This document shows positions 38,537 through 52,205 of a stretch of DNA of 64,000 nt, piece after piece (the first letter of the stretch is position 1; each line of letters opens with the position of its first letter). Source of the stretch: the human T2T-CHM13v2.0 reference genome, Homo sapiens; assembly GCF_009914755.1 (NCBI RefSeq), contig NC_060925.1; one strand, given 5' to 3'. The translations under genes were made by a program, and so were the position numbers. Below the pieces are notes generated by a model. The model had not been told where the DNA came from. It did no database searches and saw only the letters and a program-made list of their open reading frames with translations.

Positions 38537-39027
38537 GTAAGCGGTGCTCTTTTTTTTTTTTTTAAACAAGACTTCCCTGAGCTGGTAGGGTTTTCTTAAT
38601 CCTTAAGAATTCTGAATTTAACATCTAATTCAACATGAAGGAGACCAAGTTAGCACATGTTTTACTCTTTTTCTCCCCCTCTGATACTCTTAAAGCCATG
38701 TCCTGCTCTGTGTAAGGACAACCCCTCTCATTTTAGCCTATCTACTCATTGACTTTGTTCCCGTGGGTATCCTTTTATCTCTTGAATTCTTTCTCCTGAA
38801 TCATTTCAATCAGGCTGTGAACATACTGTTTCATATCTTATCTTAAAAACAAAAATCTAGTAGACAAACAGAATAGAACCCTTGACTCCACTGCATCTCT
38901 CACTTTTGGAGCCATCTATCTGTTATCTTTTACAGAAAAAGTCTTCAAAATATTTGTGACCCTCTCTATGCACCCCTCCTAGTCTCTTCTCAGTTGTCTG
39001 GCCAACTTATGGCAACTTAATTGCATT

Positions 39028-39887
39028 GTGGGCTCTAATTAATAACCTCCCTGTATTCATGAACTTTGGTCTTTAACTTTGTAGTCTCCACCCACTCTGA
39101 TTCTGGAATGGACTTTGATATGGTTTGGATATGTGTTCCCTCAAAATCTCAGGTGGATATATGATCCCCAGTGGTGGAGGTATGACCTAGTGGGAGGTAT
39201 TTCGTTCATGGGGGTGGATTCCACATAAATGGCTTGCAGGTAATGAGTGAGTTCTTGCTTTGAGATCTCGTTGTTTAAAAGAGTGTGGTACATTTTCTGC
39301 CTTGCTCCCTCTCTTACCATGTGATACACTGGTTCTCCCTTCACCTTCCACCATGATTACAAGCTTCCCGAGGCCCTCACCAGAAGCAGATGGTGGAAGC
39401 TTTCTTCCTGCACAGCCTGCAGAACTGTGGGCGAAAATAAACCTCTTTTCTTTATAAATTACCCAATTTCAGGTATTCCTTTATAGCAATGCAAAACCAG
39501 GCTAATACAGACTTGGACTTACTTTTGCCAGTAGGATGTGGGGAGTGATGGTATGCCAATTTTCAGCCAAGAATTTAGGAGACCTTGTGCTCTTCTGCCT
39601 TCTTTCTTGGAAATCTGACACCATTCTGAAAACTAACCAGGGCTGTCCTTTGGGAGGTTGAGAGACCTTGCAAAACAGACATTTTTACAGCCAAGACCAT
39701 TCTAAAGCAGCTGACCCCTAGACTACCTCGCTCATTGATTGTAGGTATATGAGGTAGCCCAGATGAGACCAGGTGAGCTTGGCTCAGATTAGCAGAGCCA
39801 CTTAATTAACCCATAGAAATTATAGTCATTATTTTAATTTACTCACTTTTGTGGTGGCTTGTTACATGGCAATAGCTAGCTAACACA
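39028..39887 (+). mobile_element. MLT1 (H-like) LTR interrupted by MSTB
   Basis: 3' end ttttgtggtggcttgttacatggcaatagctagctaacaca. Confidence 0.65.
39116..39509 (+). mobile_element. MSTB-like LTR
   Basis: tgatatggtttggat...ctaataca; exact 5-bp TSD gactt. Confidence 0.9.
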
Positions 39888-40160
39888 TTCTGCTAATAGG
39901 GCTTTCACTGCTACTGAGCATCTGAAATATCCTTGGTAGGGTCACCAGGGCCGTCTAATTTACCACATCCAAGAGTCAATGATTTATCCTTATTTTTCTT
40001 GACCTCACAGCAATCACTGACAAATGGATCCTTTTTGAAATTATTCTCTAGGCCTTTAAGATGTCACATTTGCTTGATTTCCTCCTATCTCACCGATGTT
40101 CTTTCTCAATCTCTTGTTCCTTTGCCAGATTCTAAAGTGTTGGAGTCCACCACAGTCTGA

Positions 40161-40730
<570 letters not shown>

Positions 40731-42689
40731 TAATCTTTATCATCCCCTCATCCCCTGACAAACCAAAACCCCAATGCACAAGTGTGTTGCTAGTATTAAT
40801 TCCAAAGTGCATGACAAATGTGACTGCATCTTACTGTCTTCTACAACTTTAGTCTGACCCATCATCTCATGTTTGCACAACTGCACTTGCCTCTTAATTG
40901 ATTTTCCAACTTTCATTCCTTTTTTTTTTCCCCTGTGGTCAATTTGCTACACAGTAGCAAGAACAATTTTTTTCAAAGTATAAATCTAATCACATTATTA
41001 TGTTGCTTTTCCTCTTCCAATGACTTTCCATGGCAATTGGAAATAAATCCAAACTTCTTACCTTGCTTTCTAAAACCCTATATGATCTGTCTACAGTCTT
41101 TTTCCGGGGCCTCACCTCTGGTCATCTTCATTTCTTTTGATTATTCTCCAGCCACTCTGGTTTTCCTTCTGTCCCTCAAGCATCCCTAGATTGTTTCTTT
41201 CTTAGACCCTTTGCACTTGTTGTTCTTACTTCCTGGAATTCTCTTTACTAGATCGTTTATGGCTGGTACTTTTTGATCATTCTAGTCTTAGATTAAAATG
41301 TCATATCATCAGAGAGGGATTTTTAGGTCATCCTAGCTAAAGTAGCTTTTTTCTACAGCCTCAATTCATTCTCTAACCTACTACCCTTTAAATTTACTTT
41401 CTTCATAGCACTTATTATTAATATCATCTAAAATTAGCTTATTTATTCAATTCCTACATATTTATTGTCGTTTTTTTCTCTATTAGAGTGTAGTTTTCCT
41501 CAAAATTAGAATCTTGCTTTCCTTGTTAACATCTGTATCCTTCAATCCCTGAACAGAGTTTGGCACTGAGTGGGTTCTCAATATGGATGTATTCAAAGAA
41601 TGAACGTACCTGAAGTAGTAAACTAATGGTGAATATGTCAAAATGTTGGATTTTGACCTTATTTAAAAATTATAATGACAATAACCCATAATATATATCC
41701 AAATCCTTAGATTCCTGAAATGTGTGAAAAATAAGGCATTGTAATGGATAAAATGGAAGAATTATGTATTTATCTAGTCACTGATTAGCTTTTGAATTAG
41801 CCAGCATAGGGGTACTGATTTGAAGTTCATTTATTCATTGCCCTGGCAATGCACTTTCACTAAATTAATTTTCCAAATGTCATGCCCCAAGTTAGACTGA
41901 TTTGCAACATATGAAGTTAATTGTGTCCACAAATGGACAATACTCTCAGGCTTGCAGAGCTACAATGTATCAAGGAAATGTCAAATACAATTCAGTTTTA
42001 TTTAGGAATGAAAATTTATATTTTCAAGTGAGAAATATTCAATTCATGGGATTACTATAGACTTATTCCTTAAGATTTAGCTTAAGAATTACCTTTCTTG
42101 GCAAGCATTCTTTAGTCTTCTAGGAAATGTGAGTCACGTCTTCCTCTTGGGTACCTAGTTCCTGAGTGCATTGACTACATTGAAATTTTGATTGGTAGTT
42201 GACAGGTTATTTCCCCATAAACCTTGATTTCTTTCAAACAGATCTCATGCTTTTCTCATTTTTCTTCTTGAAAAAAGACCTTGATTTTGGCATCTTTAGT
42301 TAATTTGTAAAATAGAGTAATCTCTCAGCAAATGTCTATGGTATTGAATAGAATAAATTGGTGCTGGATTGAATTACTAATTAATTGCTTTATGTGAATA
42401 TCTAAGCTTATCCTTAGAGTATAAAACTTTGGAGGACAGGAACCAGGTATTATACCTGTCCTTTTTCCTTAGATTCCAGTATACTACACTTCACATGGTA
42501 GTAGTGTTCTCTCCTCTGCTGGATTTGGGCTTCCTTCAGACTCTTTACCACCACCAGAATTTAGGGGAATTAGTGTAATAGTTAACTTCTACCTAGGGTT
42601 ATACATTAAATCTCTATCTAGTTTCCTGTTCTGGTGAGCAGGTTGGATAACATAAAATGCGAAGAACTTTTTAACGAGGGATTATAGGT

Positions 42690-42858
42690 TATGGCTTTGG
42701 GCATTTTACTTAATCTCTGTATGCCTCAACTGTTTTTTCATAGGTGACTAACTCACAGAGTTTTTATGAGGACCACATAAATTAGGATATGTAAAGTACA
42801 TCAAATGTTCAAAAGTCTGGTTTATAGTAGATTTTCAACTGATGTTAGATATTATTAC
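42690..42858 (+). mobile_element. MIR
   Basis: tttgggcattttacttaatctctgtatgcctca. Confidence 0.6.
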
Positions 42859-43023
42859 CCTTTCCTAAGACTTACATCAGAGCTCAGACTAAACTGTAAA
42901 ACTTTTGTCTCCTATTTTTCAATTTATTTAGAGCACCAGATCTTGGGCTGCAAAGGCAGATTAAAGCAATAAATCCTAGGAGGATGTTTGAATTGGGAGA
43001 GTGTTTTCTTTAATTTTTGTCAG

Positions 43024-43085
43024 GTTTATTGAAACATCTTTTCACTCCTCCCACTGAAAGCTCTACATTTAATCCTGAGAAATGG
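43024..43085 (+). pseudogene. Candidate relic exon, phase 1 to 0, (C)LLKHLFTPPTESSTFNPEKW
   Basis: ttttctttaatttttgtcag| ... TGG|gtaggt; 62 nt, open in the frame required by the previous exon. Confidence 0.55.
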
Positions 43086-43274
43086 GTAGGTGGTACATTT
43101 CAAGGTGAAATCTTTATATGTCCTTTCCTCTATTTTTATTTTATGTATCAGGGATGCAAGTCCATATGAGGGAAGGATAGCTGTAGCGAGAAGGTTAAAG
43201 CAGCACATGATCAATCCATAAAATTACTTGCTGAGGAAAATAAATTTTATTTGTATTGATGTTTTCCTTTGTAG

Positions 43275-43328
43275 AAAAAAGTCCAGTGGAATGAGCTGTC
43301 TCTTCAGGAATAAATCAGAAGAGAAAAG
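43275..43328 (+). pseudogene. Candidate relic exon, phase 0 to 0, KKVQWNELSLQE*IRREK
   Basis: gttttcctttgtag| ... AAG|gtacaa; 54 nt, one TAA. Confidence 0.5.
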
Positions 43329-44026
43329 GTACAATTTATGAGGAAAGCAAGTCCTGGATTGAAAACCATGGCAAGCAGACTTCTCCACCTGGTGCAAGAA
43401 ATATTATTGCTTACCTTGTGTGTATGTCTCCAAAATGAGTATGAACAAAACTGTTATGAAAGCCAAAGAAGGCAATTTTTGTGGCACAAAACTAGACTAG
43501 AAAAGACAGCAAAGATTTCAAGGAATCTGAAACTGTTTTCAAAAAAATCTATCCAAATGTGAGGGAGCACAGAAAAATCTTTTAAAGAGATTATTAGAGC
43601 TCATGAATTTATAGCTTTATAATTATTTTAGTCCTCACTGAGGAATTAGGCTATACAAGAGCACCTTTAAAGTTTTTTTATTGCTTTCTCCAATAAATTT
43701 TACAGAATTGAGTTTACGATCCATTGATTGGTCAGTTCTTGCTGGACTGAATCAATTGATTAAATGGAGAAAATAATATATAATTTTTCCCTCAGGAGAA
43801 TGATAAGAATTATGATGTCAACTTGCACAAAAATGGTCTATAGCTTTTATCTGCCTACTTTTGTTAAACTATATTTAAAATTAATTTAAGCACTCTGTTA
43901 GATAAATAATCAGTTGTAAATACTAAAAGTTATTACACTATAAACCATTAAATAAAGAGTGCATTTTGATGAAACATCCCCAAATTTCACCAACCATGGT
44001 ATCGATTGACAGTTGAGACTCCCTAG

Positions 44027-44104
44027 TCTTCATGATATCATATTGCTGTTAGCAGTGATGGCTATTTATATATTTACAAAGTCACTCTGATATTTGAGTA
44101 ATGG
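44027..44104 (+). pseudogene. Candidate relic exon, phase 0 to 0, SS*YHIAVSSDGYLYIYKVTLIFE*W (5' boundary uncertain)
   Basis: ctccctag| ... TGG|gtaagt (consensus donor); 78 nt. Confidence 0.35.
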
Positions 44105-44633
44105 GTAAGTCAGGCTTTACCTTGTAAATTAAGTCCTGCAAACTGACAGTTTTAAGAACTCTTATTGTGCTCACTACTCATTGCAGGTACCTGGAATGTC
44201 TGTTTTCTCTCCTCCTAAAATATTATGCTATTTTGCTATAATTTTTAATCTTCCTATTCTAACAATTTTGATACCTCAGTCCTTTCCAGAGATGGAAGAG
44301 ATACCAGTCAATCACAAATAAAGAATGTATGTGAACCTGATGCTTATGGCAGTGATCGTTTTTATAGGCATGACAATTAGGTGGCTACCATTTAAGGTAG
44401 TGCGCCTAGAATATTTTACAGTATACTTTCCAGTCTTAATTATAAACTTTAGAAAATAATTTGAATAAAATGGAAAATGTCTAGAGTATTATGGAATTTC
44501 CTTCTCATCATATTTGAGAATCTGTTGGAAAAGCATGTAATTAGAACGAAACAAAAATACTTGCTGACACATTTTGCTAGGACTTCTGGCCAAAGCAATA
44601 AGGCAAGAAAAACAAATGAAACTGATTAGAAAG

Positions 44634-45087
44634 TGTATTAGTAATACAAAATTAGTAGCTAAAAACAAAATTTTATTAGCTTATAGTTCTGGAGGTTTGA
44701 AGTTCAAAATTAATCTCATTAGAGTAAAGCTAAGATGTCAGCAGAGCTGGTTTTTTTGGAGGTTTTGAGGGAAGAATCTTTGGCTTCTTCAGATTCTAAA
44801 CATTCTCAGTATTCCTTAGCTCATGCCCTCTTTCTTGAATCACTACAGTCTCTTGCTTTTTTCATCTCATCTCCTACTATTGTAATCAAATCTCTTTCTG
44901 CTTCCCTCTTATAAAGATACTTGTGATTACTTTGGGTCCATCTGGATAATTCAGGATGCTCTTTTCTTCTCAAGATTTTTAACTAAACCATATCTGCAAA
45001 ATCCCTTTCATTATGTAAGGTAACAAATTAACAGGTTCTAGGAATGTGCATTTTGGTATCTTTGAGAGGCTGTTATTCAGCCTACCA
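44634..45087 (-). mobile_element. MLT1 (B/C-like) LTR
   Basis: atagttctggagg...cttataaagatacttgtgattac...tattcagcctacca. Confidence 0.8.
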
Positions 45088-46420
45088 GAGAAAAGAATAC
45101 ACAAAATTAATTACAGAGATGATAGGCTTATCTACATAGAAACCCCCAAAATATCCACAGATAATATATTAGGATTAACAAGAGAGTTTAGGTGGCTATA
45201 CATAAAATCCACTTCAATAATGCAATTGCATTTTTACATATCAAGATGAAATAGTTAAAATTGTAACAAAAAAGTAGAGAGAAGGGCAATGTAGATCATT
45301 AGAAATGATGCTGGGACAACTGGTTAACATATGAGAAAACTTTAATCCCTACCTTACTTTCTACCTGAAAATGAATTCTAAATTGATAAAAGGCATTAAT
45401 GTGAAAGGCAAACTTAGAAAAATATTAGAATAAAAATAGGAGACTATTTTAAATATGATACAAATAGCAATAATCTTACAAGAAATGGTTGATAGCATTA
45501 TTATATTAAAAGATCCTCTAACATAAAAAGAAACCAAAACAAAGGCGAAAAGGACAAACCAAAATCTCAGAGAAGATATTTTCAACACCTAAGACAAACT
45601 AAAGATTAGAATCTAAAAGAAATCTGCAAAGAAAATAAAGAACAATTCAATTGAAAACTGAACAAAGGATGTGCACAGTTATTTCATGGAAGAAATAAAC
45701 ATGATTAACGTTTGAAAAGAAGTTCAACCTCTTTATGCAAATTATGACTTCAACAGGGAACTATTTACAACCATTTAACTGACAAAACAAAATAAAGGAG
45801 TCTGACAATGCTGATCCTGGTAAAGGATGTGGAGTAAGGAGAACTCTCATACTTTACGAGTAATGGCATAAAGTGGAACCACAACTTTGGGAAACAATTT
45901 AGTATTTTCTTAAAAGTTGAAGATGAATACGACCTATGATCCAGCAATTCTACTGGGTATATGCCCTTGGGACACTCTTGCTTCTGCATTCTAAGGGATA
46001 TAAGCAAGAATGCTTGTAGCAATAATATTAATCAATTATAACAGCAGAAATGGAAATAATAATTAAATACACTGTGGTATAATCCACCATGAAATACTAT
46101 TTAACAGTGAGAAAGAATACATGACACTTATCTGGAAAATGGATGAAGCTTAGAAACATATTGTTGAAAGAAAAAACAAACCTTAAAAATATATACAGAA
46201 TGATGTAATTTTAATAAACTCCTGAGCAAAAAATCTAAAATATATATTGTTAAGCATACATATGTGTGATGAAAGCTATCTTATAAAAAGCAATAAAATG
46301 ATAAACACAGTGTACACAGTAGTGACTCAATATGGGTGGAAACAGGTAATTGGGTTTGGGAAGGAGCCAACAGACAGTTTAAAGCATACAGTGTATTCTA
46401 GTTCTCAAGGTGGTACTGTG
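45088..46420 (+). mobile_element. Old L1M (MD/ME) ORF2 to 3'UTR fragments
   Basis: atgatgctgggacaactgg, ggatgtggagtaaggagaactctca, cctatgatccagcaattc. Confidence 0.85.
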
Positions 46421-46427
46421 TATATAT

Positions 46428-46542
46428 AGACACACACACAAAAGACTACATGACACACACACACATATACATGATACATACATATGATACATACATAGAC
46501 ACACATATATACATGATACATGACAGACACACATACACATAT
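46428..46542. repeat. Degenerate (CA)/(CATA) low-complexity repeat
   Basis: Seen directly. Confidence 0.8.
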
Positions 46543-46873
46543 ATTTATTCATAAAGAAAGAAAAGCAAGCAGTATAGCAGTGTCAGTTTGTCTATTACAT
46601 ATGCTGTAATTGGTCTGGCCCTACTACTAGACATAAGGGCACGGGCATATTCAGTTCTCTGGCCCACCTCTGACACACAGGGCAATAAATAGTTACAGCA
46701 TATCAAATTTAAAAATAAATAAATGTGTCAATTATCTGAAGATAGCACATTGGGGTGCTCTCTCTGGCAATTTTAATCCATTGATTTGCAAATGGAAGTT
46801 TAAAGGCAGTTATGCACAAAATATCAAATTTTTAATTCTCGAGTTTGTATTTTGTTTCATCTTTCTTTCCAAG

Positions 46874-46976
46874 GAATAAAACTGCTATGCTTGTTCTTCT
46901 GTATCCCAGAGAAATAATTTGATGGCAGGAGTTCCTATGGCTCCAGAAAATCAAAATAATTCTTTCCCTTCAATAA
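46874..46976 (+). pseudogene. Candidate relic exon, phase 0 to 1, E*NCYACSSVSQRNNLMAGVPMAPENQNNSFPSI (frame uncertain)
   Basis: Strong acceptor ttttgtttcatctttctttccaag|, weak donor TAA|gtacct; 103 nt. Confidence 0.35.
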
Positions 46977-47039
46977 GTACCTCTTTGGCTTTGATACAAG
47001 ACTCTTGATTTTTTTTTTTTAAAACAGAGTAGGGCTTGC

Positions 47040-47058
47040 CACCTCCCCCTAGTGGCCA
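47040..47058 (-). promoter_or_regulatory. Putative CTCF site
   Basis: Reverse complement TGGCCACTAGGGGGAGGTG versus core consensus TGGCCACCAGGGGGCGC. Confidence 0.6.
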
Positions 47059-47252
47059 GGACGTGCCAGTGGCACCACTGGGTTCACTAATGTTCGATAT
47101 GGCACAATTAACCTAAGTGGTACCAGGTTGGAGGAACAATTTTAGAGGCAGCTTTACATCCCAGCTTGATTTTTGACATTTTTTTTTCAGATTGATTTGA
47201 ATATATTTGAATATTTTCTTTTTGGTCTAGTGTACAATTTTCTTTCCTTCAG

Positions 47253-47338
47253 GGTGGGTCCAGTCCATACATTCTTTATCTAGGCTCTCTCGCAGAGGAG
47301 AGGCTATACTAGACAACATCAGGGAAAATGTGATGCCA
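47253..47338 (+). pseudogene. Candidate relic exon, phase 1 to 0, WVQSIHSLSRLSRRGEAILDNIRENVMP
   Basis: ttttctttccttcag| ... CCA|gttagt; 86 nt, open. Confidence 0.6.
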
Positions 47339-47529
47339 GTTAGTTACACCATATTATTTCTTACTAGTTAATGACTTAAAAGTTTATAGCTAATTATACA
47401 TGCAAGGCTTCTTTATTTTCATAATATCAAACTTTAAGCACGTGGGGAAGAGGTTGGGATGGTAGAGGGCCTATCCCAACATACTGTCAAAGTTATAGTT
47501 TATTCTGTTTATACCACACATATATTTAT

Positions 47530-47700
47530 ATAGCCATGTGAGATTGATATTAGTGGTATTTTTATTTCAGATGAGTAAACTGAGGCCCAGAGAAGTGAAT
47601 AATTTGGCTTAGGTCAACTGGCCAATTTGTTGCAGAGTTAGAATTAAAATCCAGCTCTTCTGACTCTTAATCCAATGCCCTTATTACTACCACGCATCAC
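47530..47700 (-). mobile_element. MIR
   Basis: cagatgagtaaactgaggcccagagaagtgaataatttg. Confidence 0.85.
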
Positions 47701-48014
47701 TTATGTATAAGATAAGTTCTAGGGCTGATGATGGGTCTCTTGTGCTTAGCAGGGTCATGATGTGGGGGAAGATCCAGGATGCCTAACTTTGTTTAATGAC
47801 CAATTGGCTCCTTTTTTAGTATTTTATTTCCGATCTAATAAAATATTTTTCACAATGGAAACTGTCTTTTGAGTGTGAGCTTTATATTTATATTTTATAT
47901 TTATATTTATAGAATAGAAAGTGTGAGCTTTATATTTATATTTATAGAATCCCCTTTCTTCCATTCTCAGTGAGAGCTCTATCAAGCCAGAGCATCGTTT
48001 CTATTTTTTCTTAG

Positions 48015-48075
48015 GTCAAAATACATGAGGCCTTTCTAGACCCCAGAGTAGAGATCCTGGACTGTTTTAATTATG
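48015..48075 (+). pseudogene. Candidate relic exon, phase 0 to 1, VKIHEAFLDPRVEILDCFNY
   Basis: ctattttttcttag| ... ATG|gtaggc; 61 nt, open in the frame required by the previous exon. Confidence 0.6.
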
Positions 48076-50389
48076 GTAGGCACAGCATGATAGATTATTA
48101 GAATATACCTCAACATTTATTTTGCTCTTAGATTTTTTGGACAGTTTTATATCCTGGGAGAAGATTTAAATGGAAAAATAGCAGCATTTTTTAAGGTCTT
48201 TGTTCCCCATTTCGGAGGTTTTTATATCCATTTAATCTTACCAATATGCCACACTCAATCTGCTTTTCTTAGTTAGCTTGGCCACCCACACACCTCTGTC
48301 TGGTGTCTGGGTCAGAGTTTTCAATTCCTATATGTGTTCATACTTCAGGGGGAAAAATGCCCTTTTTAATCCAGGATAAACTACAACCTTATTTCCCTTG
48401 GCTTATCTTATTAATATTTGATGACATTTACTTTCAAAGCAACTTTGCACAGTTACCCTGGAGTGTTTGCACAAAGGAGGCTTTCTAATGCAAATCTGAC
48501 TGAATTTAAAATTTTAAAAAATTTGGCTCAGATGAGATTGCCCTCAATGTAATAGCCAGCAAAGCAGTTATTAATTTATTTACTCATTGATTTCTTAATA
48601 TATACTGTAATGTATTTAAAAAATTTGTTACAGACATTATGATGAGTATTAGTTTATGGTTTAGTGGATAAGATATTGCATAAAAAAGAAGCACAGCTTC
48701 AAAATCTAAAAAAAAGATTTTGCTCTTGATAGAAGTTCATTGTAAGAAGGAAGGAGAGTACACACCAGCCAGGCACTGGGGAAACTACCTGCTCTTTCTT
48801 AAACACATGAAAATTAAAGATTTTCTTTTACACTTGAGTACGAAAGACCCTCTTCAAGATTTGTTTTGTGATTTGCAGTAAAGGAGGTGCCTATGCACTT
48901 AAGTCAAGGAGATGAGATCTGGTGAGTGGTCAATTGCAAGGGGAAAGTGGATACTATTATTTTTTGGTGAGTTTTAGTTTATTTGAAAGGAATACCATTG
49001 AAATTTTGAATTTGAAATACAGTATTTGAAACAGCATACTGGCCACAATTATCATCTAGTAAAACATTAAGGATCTTTTAAAGAGTTTATTGAATTTGTT
49101 CAGGAGAATGAAGAATTCAAGATCTAAAAAGGGATTTCAGTATTTGTCCAGAGGAGTAAATTATTAAGTTTCCTTTTGTTAGGTGAAATTTTAAGTTTTG
49201 GAATATGAGACATAAAGTTCTATTAATGATGGAGGGACTGATTTCCCTGTCGATATGGCCCAGCAAATGCAATGTTAACAGGAGAGTAAAGAGCAGTTCA
49301 GTGAAAGAGGTGACAATGAAATACTCTGGAAAGAATGAGGAGGCATCAGAGGCTTTCAGAGGAGATGTAGCTGAATTGTACCGGTAGAATGAGTAAACTA
49401 TGAAAAGGGGAAGATGATGGAACTATTTCTCCAAGAGGAATTGATTTGCACACTGAAAATGTTTGTTGAGCCATTATTGTGAGAAAGAAAAATGTGTTAA
49501 ATGATGGGGAAGATATAAAAAGCATAAGTAAGTTTACTATTTAATAAGATATAAAGACATACACAAAAATGAGAGGTAATAACTAAAGATAGTAATAGTG
49601 ATAGAGAAGTTCTAAAGGCAGTCGTAAGGTGGTTTATGTATAAGGTTGTATAAGATTGTCAACTTTAAGAATGAAAACTCTCAAACGCCTGTCATCATCT
49701 TCTCCCTAATAATATACCTCTTTTAAAGTCATTATTTCCCCTGCAATGGAAAGTAGATCATGTCATAAATTATAGTCTTAATCATATTAATTGGCTTAGT
49801 CATTTCTTCTTTATGACACTACATGTCCTGAAAATGAGAGTAAATTTAACAAATTAGTTTAACTTGGAGATTTGATAAGAACACCATGTTAGCTAGAGTC
49901 AATAAAACCATGCTGGCAAATTCTTAAAGTTCATTATCAGCAGCAGTTACGGGATTTGTTGATTTCCTCTTCTTCCTTTGCCTGCCTCATAGAAATCCTA
50001 CAGCCTCTACTTCCAAATATAGTTTCTGAAGTATTCCACTGCTCTCCATTTTAACCTCTTAGTCCAAGCTACCTTTGTCTCTCCCTTGGGGTTTTACAAT
50101 AGCTTCCTACTGATGTCCCAAATTCTAACCTTCAGCCCTACAGACTAGTCTCCCACCAGAGCCAGAGGGACCTTTGTGAATGGAAAAATCAGATCATGTC
50201 ATTCCCTGCCTGAAACTCCTCAATACTTTCCAAACTTACCAGCATCACAGAGCTTCTCTGATCTCATGGTCTACCACACTTCTTGTTGCCCACATTCCAG
50301 CCACATTAGGTATCCATCTGCTTTTCATGCATTTCAAACACACTGCATCTTTAGAGCATTTGCAGATCCAGCTGCCTCTGCTTAGAGTA

Positions 50390-51265
<876 letters not shown>

Positions 51266-51645
51266 AATGCTTGTCTCCCAGGTTTTCATATACCTGGTGA
51301 TTTTCATTCAAGTCTCAATTAAAACATCATCTCCCCAGAGTGGCTTTCTTTAACCTGGTCATTCTTTAATATAGTACCTTTTAAATTTTATGCATATTTT
51401 TTATTTCTATTTGAAATTATCTCACTTATTTACTTTATAATCTCTGTCTCTCTCTAGAATATCAGGGTCATAATGTCAGGATCCATTCTACTTCTTCAAG
51501 GTCTTATCTCTAGTACCTAGAACAATACTTCTATAATGGTAAGTACACCACATATATTTATTGAAAGGATGTCGAATTGTAATTGAGATGCTCTCTTCTC
51601 ATTCATCTTCCACATTTTGAGGCAGAGATGATGGTTGTGGCTTGG

Positions 51646-52205
51646 GTAGGGGCCAAGGGAAGACTTCCTCTTTGCCCTCTCAATGGTCACTAAAAAAATC
51701 AACTGACAAAAGGCAGATTAATAAGAGAAAAGGCATACGAATTTACTAATGTGTACATGAGGGAGAACAACAGAGTGATTACCCCAACACCCCAATGAGG
51801 TTCAGAATCTTGGATACCATCTTTAGGTTACAGAAAGAATGAGGACTCCAAGCATGGTCAAATGGGTTATGCTGCTAAATTGGGTTGCGGTGGCAAAGCA
51901 GGTTATAGGCGAGAAGAGGAGGCTTGTAAGCAAAAGTGGGTAGCAGTCCCCCAGAAAGAATAGATAAATGTTTCTTTCAGACATTTAAAAGTGTCAGACT
52001 CTCAGTTAATCTTTCCTAGATCCAGTCAGATGAGGTAGAACCTCAGAGAAAACCTGGTTGCATCAGTACAGATTCTCTGCAGATAAAAATCTCCCCTACA
52101 AAAGACAGCTTTGCAGGGCTACTTCTGTTTGCAGGCCCTCTGAAGGGCCATCTCAAAATATATCAAAGAAGTGTATTTTGGAATGAAATATCTTGATTTC
52201 CTTCA
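51646..52205 (-). mobile_element. MER39-like ERV1 LTR
   Basis: Reverse complement starts tgaaggaaatcaagatatttcattccaaaatacacttctttga. Confidence 0.7.

Noticed and set aside
43063-43085. TFNPEKW as a cytochrome P450 PERF-like motif
   Set aside because: No downstream FxxGxxxCxG heme motif or upstream ExxR in the joined peptide.
44030-47300. Assigning WD40 (HIAVSSDGYLYIY) or PH-domain (WVQSI) identity, or a gene symbol, to the relic
   Set aside because: The motifs are too short and I cannot match them to a known protein; no symbol given.
48132-48195. Separate exon FFGQFYILGEDLNGKIAAFFK
   Set aside because: It would need a 56-nt intron and its phase does not match the previous exon; it could instead be read-through of a longer exon.
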